Assembly: GCA_029717555.1 (NCBI GenBank)
Contig: JAMDHS010000089.1
Coordinates: forward strand, 1 to 64,000
Direction of reading: 5' to 3'
From: Peribolospora baueri
Lineage: Eukaryota
Length of the DNA: 64,000 nucleotides
Shown here: positions 1 to 10,307 of the stretch, one piece after another
Numbering within the stretch: the first letter of the stretch is position 1
Layout of the letters: each line of letters begins with the position of its first letter
Program-made: the position numbers and the translations under genes
The notes under the pieces: generated by a model
Seen by the model: the letters and a program-made list of their open reading frames with translations, nothing else
Told to the model about the DNA's origin: nothing
The model's database searches: none

Positions 1-2408
1 CGCTGCTCTTCGAGCACTTGCCTCACTGGCTTGCAATCTTGGACCTTCTGGACGCTCTACACGTCGCGTTGCCATCGATATTAACAGCCCAAAACTGGTT
101 AAAGAACAAGGTGAGCCGGTCTCATTTAGGTGGCCCGAGCTTGGGTGATGGTCGCTCTAAAGGCCTGCATTCGTCTCTATAGGCGTCCAAACCGGAGGGA
201 AAATTAAAAGAGCTCCTACGGCGTCTCGATGATCATCTCCTTTATGCAGCACTTGGCGTACGGTTACTGGAACGCTATAAGCGCCTCGGCAACGTGGACG
301 ACCTTGAGGCTTGTATCTCGACACTGCGGCGAGCGGTCGATCTGGCGCCCGAGGGGCACCCGGACCGGGCGGGGGGGCTGAGCAACTTGGGCATCGCGCT
401 ACGAACACGTTTCGAGCGCCTTGGCGACGTAGACGACCTTGAGGCTTGTATCTCGACACTGCAGCGAGCGGTCGATCTGACACCCGAGGGGCACCCGGAC
501 CGGGCGGGGGGGCTGAGCAACTTGGGCATCGCGCTACGAACACGCTTCGAGCGCCTTGGCGACGTAGACGACCTTGAGGCTTGTATCTCGACACTGCGGC
601 GAGCGGTCGATCTGACACCCGAGGGGCACACGGACCGAGCCAGGCCTCTCAACAACTTGGCCAGTGCGCTACTAACACGCTTTGGGCGCCTTGGCAACAT
701 AGACGACCTCGAGGCTTGTATCTCGACACTGCGGCGAGCAGTCGAACTGACGCCGGAGAAGCACCCGGACCGGGCGACGTGTCTGAATAGCTTGGGAAAC
801 GCGCTAGGTGCACGCTTCGAGCGCCTTGGCGACGTAGACGACCTAGAGGCTCGTATCTCGACACTGCGGCGAGCGGTCGATCTGACACCCGAGGGGCACA
901 CGGACCGGGCTGGGCGGCTGAACAGCTTGGGCATCGCGCGACTAACACGCTTCGACCGCCTCGGCAACGTAGACGACCTTGAGGCTTGTATCTCGACACT
1001 GCGGCGAGCGGTCGATCTGACACCCGAGGGGCACACGAACCGGGCTTGGCGGCTGAAAAACTTGGGCAACGCGCTACAAACACGCTTCGAGCGCCTCGGC
1101 AACATAGACGACCTCGAGGCTTGTATCTCGACACTGCGGCGAGCAGTCGAACTGACGCCGGAGAAGCACCCGGACCGGGCGACGTGTCTCAATAGCTTGG
1201 GAAACGCGCTAGGTGCACGCTTCGAGCGCCTTGGCGACGTAGACGACCTAGAGGCTCGTATCTCGACACTGCGGCGAGCGGTCGATCTGACACCCGAGGG
1301 GCACACGGACCGGGCGGGGTCGCTGAACAACTTGGGCATCGCGCTACAAACACGCTTCGAGCGCTTTGGCGACGTAGACGACTTTGAGGCTTGTATCTTG
1401 ACACTGCGGCGAGCGGTCGATCTGACACCCGAGGGGCACCCGGACCGAGCCAGGCTTCTCAACAACTTGGGCAGTGCGCTACTAACACGCTTCGAGCGCC
1501 TTGGCGACGTAGACGACCTCGAGGCTTGTATCTCGACACTGCGGCGAGCAGTCGAACTGACGCCGGAGAAGCACCCGGACCGGGCGACGTGTCTCAATAG
1601 CTTGGGAAACGCGCTAGGTGCACGCTTCGAGCGCCTTGGCGACGTAGACGACCTAGAGGCTCGTATCTCGACACTGCGGCGAGCGGTCGATCTGACACCC
1701 GAGGGGCACACGGACCAGGCTGGGCGGCTGAACAGCTTGGGCATCGCGCGACTAACACGCTTCGACCGCCTCGGCAACGTAGACGACCTTGAGGCTTGTA
1801 TCTCGACACTGCGGCGAGCGGTCGATCTGACACCCGAGGGGCACCCTGACCGGGCTGGGCGGCTGAACAACTTGGGCATCGCGCTACGAACACGCTTCGA
1901 GCGCCTTGGCGACGTAGACGACCTCGAGGCTTGTATCTCGACACTGCGGCGAGCGGTCGATCTGACACCCGAGGGGCACACGGACCGGGCTGGGCGGCTG
2001 AACAACTTGGGCATCGCGCTACGAACACGCTTCGAGCGCCTTGGCGACGTAGGCGACCTCGAGGCTTGTATCTCGACATTGCGGCGAGCAGTCGAACTGA
2101 CGCCGGAGAAGCACCCGGACCGGGCGACGTGTCTCAATAGCTTGGGAAACGCGCTAGGTGCCCGCTTCGAGCGCCTTGGCGACGTAGACGACCTAGAGGC
2201 TGGTATCTCGACACTGCGGCGAGCGGTCGATCTGACACCCGAGGGGCACACGAACCGGGCTGGGCGGCTGAACAACTTGGGCAACGCGCTACAAACACGC
2301 TTCGAGCGCCTCGGCAACGTAGACGACCTTGAGGCTTCTATCTCGATGAGGCGGCTAGCGGTCGACCTGACGGTTCAATGGTCCCTTAATGATCCCGGGC
2401 GCCTTTAA
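1..2408 (+). CDS. 3' part of an NLR-like (probably NACHT-TPR) gene with a highly conserved 45-aa TPR-like repeat array; 5' end lies outside the window
   Basis: Exon 1-110 reads LLFEHLPHWLAILDLLDALHVALPSILTAQNWLKNK. Intron 111-182 (GTGAGC...TATAG). The frame is then open 183-2408 with 15 full repeats like VDDLEACISTLRRAVDLTPEGHPDRAGRLNNLGIALRTRFERLGD plus a partial 16th. The stop codon lies in downstream retroelement sequence. Confidence 0.75.
294..2371 (+). repeat. Coding tandem repeat, 135-bp unit, ~15.4 copies
   Basis: Direct reading: the unit GACGACCTxGAGGCTTGTATCTCGACACTGCGGCGAGCGGTCGATCTGACACCCGAGGGGCAC... recurs every 135 bp with very high identity. Confidence 0.97.
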
Positions 2409-2772
2409 CTCCATCGCCTTCGAGCTCGACCTCCCAGTTTCCTTGTCTCGTCTACACACGGTCTTTCTCACTTCCTTGCTCAAGCCTTACCTAGGCCCCC
2501 CCGACAGGACCCAGCCTCCCGATCCTGTTCTCCTTCATGATGGAGAACCGGAATATAAACTTGAAGCTCTTCTAGACCGTCGCGGCTCAGGCAACCGCCG
2601 CGAATACTCGTCAAGTGGCGTGGCTACCCGTTTTGGGAAGCCACTTGGGAACCTCTTCAAGAACCTCGCCAATTCTCCTGAATTCATCCAAGATTACGAC
2701 CGTGACCACCCTGCGCCCCGGACGGATCCCGGCGCTTCGAGGACGAAGCGTTCTAGGAGGAGGGCAATGTAG
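2372..2772 (+). mobile_element. Ty3/Gypsy chromovirus integrase C-terminus with chromodomain (degenerate)
   Basis: GPF/Y-like motif RFNGPL, then AFELDLP..SRLHTVFLTSLLKPY, EPEYKLEALLDRR, frameshifted KWRGY..EATWEP and NLANSPEFIQDY, as in fungal chromovirus integrase tails. Confidence 0.88.
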
Positions 2773-3124
2773 CACGGCGCTGCCTGGTCTCCAGCATCAC
2801 GCCGTCGCGTCCTGAAGCTCACCCTAGCCCCGCTCATCTCCGGCTAGCCCCGCAGCTATACCGCCCGCCGTCGTCGCTCATCTTGTCCCCTAACCGGGAT
2901 GTTCTCCAGGTCCTAGCTCCCGAGTCCTTGTCCCCAGTCCTAGCTCCTTGCCCTTGACTCTTTGTCCTTGCTCCCTGGCCCCGATACCTTGTTACCTTGA
3001 TCTCGATCTATTTGCACGTGCGTTCACCGCCGTCGCCGGTTTCTCCCCGCATACTGCCTGCCGCCAGGATTTTTTCTATCCTTCGCCGTCGATTAGCACG
3101 CCCGAGTTCCGGGGCAGTACAACA
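2755..3124 (+). mobile_element. Polypurine tract (2755-2767) and probable 3' LTR (TG at 2768 to CA at ~3121-3124)
   Basis: AGGAGGAGGGCAA is followed directly by TGTAGCAC just after the chromodomain. The segment has short internal repeats (CTAGCCCCG, CCTAGCTCC) and ends GCAGTACAACA. No matching 5' LTR is in the window, so the right end is inferred. Confidence 0.55.
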
Positions 3125-3476
3125 GGGATGTAAGCGGGGACTGGCGGCCGGGCTTGTCCGGCTTGGAGGGAAATAACCCCTAGCCTCTTTCATTCCCAGC
3201 TATGGGCGCCGAAAGACACGGGAGAAGAGAACCGTCTTCGGGCAACATGTTCCAAGGTGGGCAAGCGACACGAGGTTACCGCCCCAAACAAAAAAGCGAA
3301 TGGAGTTTACATTGGCAAGGCGCAGAAGCGAAAGTGTGGAAAGGATAGTCATGCAAGGGCAGAGTGACAGGACACAAATACATATGGACGGACAATGACA
3401 GTGCAATGGATGGGGTGAGCGATCGGCCTGAACAACTGCCCGTCCTTAAAAAAGCTTCACGGGCAATTCGCAAAAC

Positions 3477-3731
3477 CTAGCGATTCAGTTCATTCGCTAC
3501 GTTTTCGCAGACCACGGTCTACCACAGGACATAGTCTCGGACAGAGGGCCAACATTCGCATCCAAGTTCTTCCACGAGCTCTGCAAACAACTCAAGATCA
3601 AAAGCAGTCTTAGCACGGCGTATCATCCTGAATCGGACGGTCAAACGGAACGAACGAATCAGACACTTGAGCAATACTTGCGAGTGTACGTCAATCAATT
3701 GCAAGACGATTGGTTCGATCTGCTCCCCGTA
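3477..3731 (+). mobile_element. Ty3/Gypsy integrase catalytic-core (rve) fragment
   Basis: Translation [84 protein letters not shown] contains the SDRG and HP.SDGQTER motifs. Truncated on both sides. Confidence 0.92.
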
Positions 3732-4970
3732 GGTCGGAGGGCGGGAGATGACGCGCACGAGGTCGAGAGTGAGGCGGATCGGGCGGATAGAAGGATGAGA
3801 AGAAGCAGAGACGCCAGCGCCAGTGATAGCGGGAAAGGCCGGCCGGCGCGAGCGTCGATGAGTCCGAAATGTGCTGGAGGAGTTGCCAGCCTCGATAGGC
3901 TCCTCTTCACCGTCTCCCTCCACGTCCCCATCTTCTCCTTCGCCATCCCCTCTGCCCCTCTGCCGAACAAGCCTTCGGGCAGAATGGGATTCTCGGCACC
4001 GAGAGACGAGACCCGCGCAGCAAGAGAGGTAAGCCGAGAGATTGTCGGACCAAGTTGGCCTCCATTCGGATGGATGTCCGCGCGCCTCGCGTTCGAGCCG
4101 TTCGGCTAGAACTACCGCCCTCTTGTCATCCTCTTTTAACGGACGGGGTGTCGATGAACGACAGCGGCGGGCGGGAACGCTTTCGTTTGAGCGGGGATGG
4201 AGGAGCGGTGCAAGGTTTGTGTTTTTCTTTCGCCTCCTCCATCACTTGCGCTTCTCCGCAGTCTGTCAGTCGTACGTCCGCATGATCAACTCGACGCCTT
4301 CGCCGCATCGATGGTGCTTCCCTCCTTCCTTCCTCCCGGAAGTCCCACTGACCTCACTCCCCGCCGTCCCATCATCGGGCAGCGGCAGCGGCACAGAAGA
4401 AAAGGAAAGAAAAGAACGACAACGACAACGACAACGAGCGCTCGCGACGCGCGCCGCCAGCGTACCTTCGTTTGCCCTCCACTTCTTTCTACATCTACGA
4501 TCGTCTCGTTTCGTCTCGTCTCCCTCGTCGCGTCGCGTCTCGTCTCTTCGCAGCCCTCCTCTCACCCCAATCCATTTTCAAGATACGGTTACGTGAGCAA
4601 GGCGGACGCGGCGTGTATTTGTAGAGTAACAAAGAAAGAAGAAAAAAAAAAAAAAGCTTTCCTTCCGGTCCTCTTCCGATACGTACTACGGCGGGAAAGG
4701 GGTCGACCGTATCGTGTAGCGTGAGCGTGGGTAGTCGTTAAGGGAGGAAAGGGATCGATCGGAGAAAGAAAAGGGATGACATGACGTATACGCCGCCGCC
4801 CGGTGCACATGTCTCGCCGGTCGGTCCGAGGAGGGAGTGATAAGGGAAGAACAGCGTCCGCAAAGGGAGGAAGGGAGGGCACGAAGTCGTGACAATCCTC
4901 TTCAGCGTCGAGTCGACAGAAAAAAAAATATAACAGGTACACGGGAGGGAAGCGGGTGAATGATCTAGTT

Positions 4971-6698
4971 TTAGCCACAGATGTTGGGGTACATCCTGTC
5001 CGTTGGGTTCGAGGGGATCCAACCGCCCTGGACGCCAGCCTGGTAGCTCCACTCGGCCGCGTCCTCGTTCTTCCACGTCCAGTAGATCCACCCGCTGGCC
5101 GCCTCGTACGTGTCGATCTGGGCCTCAAAGAACTGCCTGAGGGTGGTCTTGTAAGCATCGGAAAAGTTGGAGGCAGAGCCGGTGCGCTTGGAGCAGTCGC
5201 CCTTGCCGGTGGAGCTCGGGTAGGAGCCGTCGTAGCGGGAGCCGATGAAGCGGCCGTTGAGCCACTTGGCGCAATCCGTCGTCGCCGTCGACCACTCGCC
5301 GACGATCGTCCAGTGGTGGTTGTTGGCCTCGACGAGGGCGTTGCGGTAGCCGCAAGCTTCGTTGATGTGTTGCTGGGCCGTGTACGCGTTCTCGGCGTCG
5401 GTGAAGACCTGGTAGAGGTGGGTGTCGAGGGCGACAGCGGAAAAGTTGGGCTCGGTCATAAAGTTGTCATAGGTGCTGTCGTTCTCGAAGGCGTCATGGA
5501 TGACGACGAGCAGGTCCGACTGCGCGCCGTTGCCCGAGGACGCGAAGGGGTAGCGGACGGTGTAGTAGGCGTCCTGAGCGTACGACTCGTAGAACGACAT
5601 CTCGGGCGAGCCGAGGTAGCCGGCGGGCTCGTTGAGCAATTCGATGGCGGTCACCGTGCCGGCGTACTCGCTCTTGCCGAATTCGGACACGAGGGACTGG
5701 ATAGCGCCCTTGGCGCGGTCGTGGTTGGTCTGGTTGTTGAACCACTCGGGCGTGCCCTTGCGGCCGGAGTTGTCGTAGCCGTTCTGGCTGCCAGGAGCGC
5801 CGTGGAGGTCTGTTGGAGGGTGAAGGTGAGCGTTAGGTCGCGGAGGGTGAAGGTGGAGCGTCAAGTGGAGTCGGTTCGGTTCGGTTGCGCGCTACCACTC
5901 ACCAATGAGCATCTTGAGACCGTGCTGCTTAGCCCAGTTGGCAGCGTTGATGAGATAGCTCATTTGGTTAGCCTTGACGAATGGCTCTCCGTGGCTGACG
6001 TCAAAGGCCCAGTAGCCGATGGGCACGCGAACGTGGTTGAGGCCGTACGAGGCGATCTGAGCAAAATCTGCTTCGGTCTGAGGGAGAAGAAGAAGAAGGA
6101 GAAGGACAAGAAGGAGAAGGACAAGGAGAAGGACAAGAAGAAGAAGGAGAGGTTAGGGAGAGGGAGGCGTATGAAAAGCGGGCGGACTACTGACAATCCA
6201 GCTGTCCCAGTGGCTCTTGAGCATGGACAGAGCCTTGTCGTAACCGAGGTACTGTCCGAGGGTCCACTCATCGACGATGCGGTTGTCGCCGGTGTTTTGG
6301 AACAAGGAAGGCGTGATCCAGGGTTCGAGGACGAGCCATCCTCCGAGGTTGACACCGCGCACCTTGTCCGAGCCGTAGGGCCAAGCGGGGGCGACGCTGC
6401 GGCGGGAGGGCGGATAAGAGGAGACGGAGCGGCGGGATTGGAGGCGGACGTCGCGGTGGTGCTTGACGCCCTCCATCATATCGCCCGTCTGTCCAAAGTT
6501 GATGCCGCGGCCGTGCTTGTCGGCTTCGCCGGGCACGTCGGACCTCTTGCGCTCTACGTGGATGCTGCGAGGGGGCTCATTGGCGCCAAGGGCCGGGCCG
6601 GGTGGTCCTCCGTGGCCGTAATTGTCGGGGAGCGCGTTGGCGGCGAGGGAGAAGAGGAGGGCGAGAGCGACGAAGGAACGGGAGAGGAAGGCGGCCAT
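4971..6698 (-). CDS. Secreted GH5 exo-beta-1,3-glucanase (Exg1-like), 3 exons
   Basis: Signal peptide MAAFLSRSFVALALLFSLAANA, VRGVNLGGWLVLEPWITPSLF, DLHGAPGSQNG, catalytic LLNEP and VGEWS, GWIYWTWK. Exons ~6698-6195, 6077-5903, 5809-4971 with GT-AG introns. Confidence 0.93.
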
Positions 6699-7231
6699 GG
6701 CGAGCGGGCGGGCGGGCGGGCGAGGGAGAGATGTCGAATGGGGTTGCGCGTCGTGGACGTGGATGCGGACGTGGATGCGGACGTGGACGTGGACGTGGGC
6801 GTGGACTGAACGGGCCGAGGATGGCTACAGAGGGGTCGAAGGAGGAGGCGAGGGTACGAATACAGGGACGCCGAAGGGGGCGTAGGGGGATGGGGCAGAA
6901 GGAGTGTCGGATGGAGAGACCGTCGGGGGCTGGGGTGAACCTGGGAGAGGGAGGTTGGGGGACGGTGAGGTGGTGGTGGTGGGAGGAAGAGAAGGCGTCG
7001 CAGCGACGTGGGTGGGAAGAAGAGTTGCGCTGCACACTGCACGTTGCTTCGGGCGAGCGTGAACGTGAGCGTCGAGGAGCCGGAATGGGAATCGGAATGG
7101 GAATGAAATGGCTTGCGAGAGGAAAAAGAAAAGGTGCAGACGATGGGATCGACTTCCGTTTCGTTTCATTTCGTTTCTCGGATGGCTGTCGACTCGACTC
7201 CAAGCCGAAGCCAAGCCAAGCCGGCTTTGTC

Positions 7232-7233
7232 CT

Positions 7234-7269
<36 letters not shown>
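7232..7269 (+). repeat. (TTTC)n microsatellite
   Basis: About 9 tandem TTTC units upstream of the GH5 gene. Confidence 0.9.
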
Positions 7270-7271
<2 letters not shown>

Positions 7272-8879
7272 TTCATCCTCCTCTTTCCGCCTCTCCTCCC
7301 TCCTTTTCGCATTCCCCAGCCCGTCCACTTGCCCCTTGTGCGTGTCTGTCTGCGGCCGGCGGCCAACGCGGTCGTCCGTCCGTCCGTCGTCGCCTCGCCT
7401 CGCCTCGCCGGGCTGGACTGCGACGCGCGACGACTAACGTCCTCCCAGGCCCGCCGCTGACGTTCTACCTGGCTAGCGCATCCGTTTGATCGATCGACGG
7501 ATGCGGGGCAGGGAAGAGGAGGAAGAGCGGAGAGTCCTCTTGCCTCGCCGAGAAGGGACGAAAGAAAGAAAGGACGGGGTTAGGATGCGGAACGCGCCAG
7601 TCTAAAGGACCAAGTCCAAGCAAGTCCAAAGACGCACGTCGACGCACCAGCCCAGCCCAAGCCCACGCGTGCCCATCTTCTTCCGCCAGCTGGGGCGGGG
7701 CCGGGTTACGTAAGCACAGAGGGAGCAAAAGGGCAAGCAAGGCGAGGCAAGGCTGCTTTATGCCCGCTCTTCACGCGCAACTAAACGCGCGTCGCCCCTT
7801 TCATCCACGCACTCCTCCCCGCCTCCTCCTCATCTTGCCCCCACTCATCCACCTCCCTCCGTTCGTCCGTCCGTTCGTACGCAAACGCTCCTCGTCGCCG
7901 TCCGATCCTTCGTCCGTCCTACTCCTGCTCCTCCGTCAGCCAAAGCCACCGCTCCAACTCGCACCGCACCGCACCGCACCGTGTATATTTATAGAACGAT
8001 ACAAGTCTGGCCGCCGACGGGAGCAAAGTCAGTTAGTCGTTCGTATCATCGGAGTGACTACTACTGCATGTAGACTCTATTGTAGACCCTTCACGGCGCA
8101 TTGCGCTGCGGTGCGTTGGGCTGTACGTGCGATGCGAAACTTGGTCGACAAAGGTACGACGTGTATGGGTCAGCGAGGACTCACTCCAACGCCCTGGCCG
8201 ACGGCCATGACGTAGTGTGGTGGCCACGATTCGAGAAGAGCGAAAGAGCGAAAGAGCAAACGAGCAAACGAGCAACGAGCTAGCTAGCCGACCGACAAGC
8301 CATATCCCACCCGACGCCCGCCGCCCTCTCGGTGTGTAGGAATGCAGATGTGCCCGGTTGCATGTAGCACGAGTCCCACCAGGGTTATACCGCCTCCCGG
8401 CCGGCTCTCTTCCGTTTATATTCTACCCGGCCAGCGCACCTCGCCGGACTCTGGGCGCTTCCTTTCCGACACTCCGCAGCGCACGTGTGTTCTTCCCACG
8501 AGCTTTCCCGCGCATATCGCCGCCTCGGCCGCTTGCTGCGGTGACACAGCGAGCTACGAACATAACTCAGCCCACCCTCGGAAAGTGCGGTGATATTTGA
8601 ACTTAACGGTGGATGGACGAAGTTCGACGTTACTGGTTCGTTCTTGTTCGTTGTTGTTACTTAGTAGCATACAGAGAGGAGAGCCGCAGAGGAAGAGGAA
8701 GGCGCCAGAGGAAAACCGCAGTAACAGCACAGTGGCCTACATAGTCATGTCCGCTTTCCGCCGCGAACCACGGTGCTCGTCGCCGCCAATCTCCAACATC
8801 ACACTTCTCGTCGTCGTCGCCGTCGTCGCTTGCCCCGCGGCACTCTCTCTTCCTCCGACCACTCTCCTTTCCCTTCTGC

Positions 8880-9704
8880 ACTACTTCAATACCTACAAAT
8901 CCCTCGTCTTTGAGACCATGGAAGAAGGCAACAGGTTCTGCCCGAGATGTAGGAATTATCCCAATTTTCTCAAAAAAACCTTCGAGGAGACTACTATGCG
9001 GAATGAGCGAGAGGAATAAGGTTATGCGGACCACATTGCACGGCGTCTATGGAAGGAGTCCGGCTTTAGGTGGATGCAAGTGTTTTCTGACTCGACCAAT
9101 GCCGTTTTTTAGACATGTCTGGTGCTTGAAAATCAGTCTTATGAGATGATGTGTTCCTTCATTTATATAAGCAATGACGGCCGAGATGCCACTAACCCCT
9201 CTCCAACCTGGAGGTACTACTGTGCGCACGATCAAGACAGGCGTGCGTAAGCAGCTTGTACCAGAAGAGGAGCGCAAGCGGACGACGAACTACCGACAAC
9301 AAGTCTTTGTCCGCTGTCATGGCAATCTTAGCATCAACATCAACTTGGACGAGGAGCAGCTTGCCCTTCTCAGGATCCGACATTTCCACCATGAACAAAC
9401 TTACTCCGTATTCGATCACGTTGAAGAGAGAGACGGTGAGATGGAAAGGGAAGAGTTGAGGATCATATTGAAGAAAGAGGCGGTGAGATGGAAAGGGCAG
9501 AGTTGCAGGAGAAGGCGAAAAAAGTTGGAGTCGTTGGGCGAGAGGATAACCAAGTTTGCAAGGACTCAGGACCTTCGCCTCGTTGGGGAGCTTTGGAATG
9601 GATTAAGAACTCTATCAGCGGCACTGCAGGAGTTGGAAACACAAAATGTCAGCGCGGCATCTTCGTCCAACATGGAAGGGTGTCACCCGTCTAATATTTC
9701 TTGA
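8880..9704 (+). pseudogene. Degenerate ORF remnant, possibly DNA-transposon (MULE-like) derived
   Basis: Lower-GC tract with in-frame stops. Fragments IARRLWKESGFRW and RCHGNLSIN...LRIRHFHH loosely recall a C..H.H WRKY/GCM-type domain. Resemblance only. Confidence 0.25.
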
Positions 9705-10139
9705 CACGTACATATTCATTTCATTGAGTTGAACCGAACAGAACAGGCGAAGCTGAACCAAATAGAACAGGCGAAGAAGCAGGGAGATGCAGGAGGGTTA
9801 GAGGGAAGCGAGCGTCAACTTTGTCGTCGATCGAATCGATCCACCGTATCCATCACGGGCAGCCGCTTTCCCGGGATGGACTGCAACGTTTGAGCTACGC
9901 CCGGCGTCGGCCACCGTCCCGCTCGCTGGCCCTCTACATCACCCCGTCTCTAGTCCATGAGAATCGGCCGGCATCGCCCGAGGAAAACAACGAGCCGGCT
10001 CCCGCAGCCGAGAACGAAGTCGATGCTAGGACGACAAGGTCTGGGAGAGTCGTACGCAGCACGCAACTGCCCGATTACCAGTATGCGCGGCTGGCGGCTG
10101 ATGATACCATTTTCGACACCGATGCATTGACGCGCAGGA

Positions 10140-10307
10140 GCGACGTCTATGAGGGGGGGAAGACGCCCACGCGACCCACCAACGGCAAAACCCGCACGAA
10201 GGAGCTGAGCTGGTCTGGCCGCAATAGCGCCATAAAATTCAGCTCCTTCGTGCGGGTCTTGCCGTTGATGGGTCGCGCGGGCGCCTCCCCCCCTCCATAG
10301 ACGTCGC
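10140..10307. repeat. Inverted repeat, 69-bp arms, 30-bp spacer
   Basis: 10140-10208 aligns to the reverse complement of 10239-10307 with 62/69 identity by hand count; all mismatches are transitions. Confidence 0.93.

Noticed and set aside
275..2317. 680-aa antisense ORF and repeated short ORFs over the TPR array
   Set aside because: Shadow frames of a stop-free 135-bp repeat. The Ser/Arg-rich translation has no independent coding signal.
294..2371. CRISPR-like appearance (conserved blocks alternating with variable blocks)
   Set aside because: The variable parts are homologous to each other and in frame, the context is eukaryotic, and there are no cas genes.
4956..6809. 617-aa plus-strand ORF
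   Set aside because: Antisense of the GH5 gene, kept open by GC-rich codon bias. The KKEKDK stretch is the complement of an intronic pyrimidine tract.
6700..8300. Many overlapping low-complexity ORFs
   Set aside because: Intergenic or UTR DNA rich in microsatellites; the ORFs arise from stop-poor composition.
9960..10100. RTTRSGRVVR motif resembling a retrotransposon integrase-RT linker
   Set aside because: Too short and lacking flanking domains to call, although it lies in a TE island.
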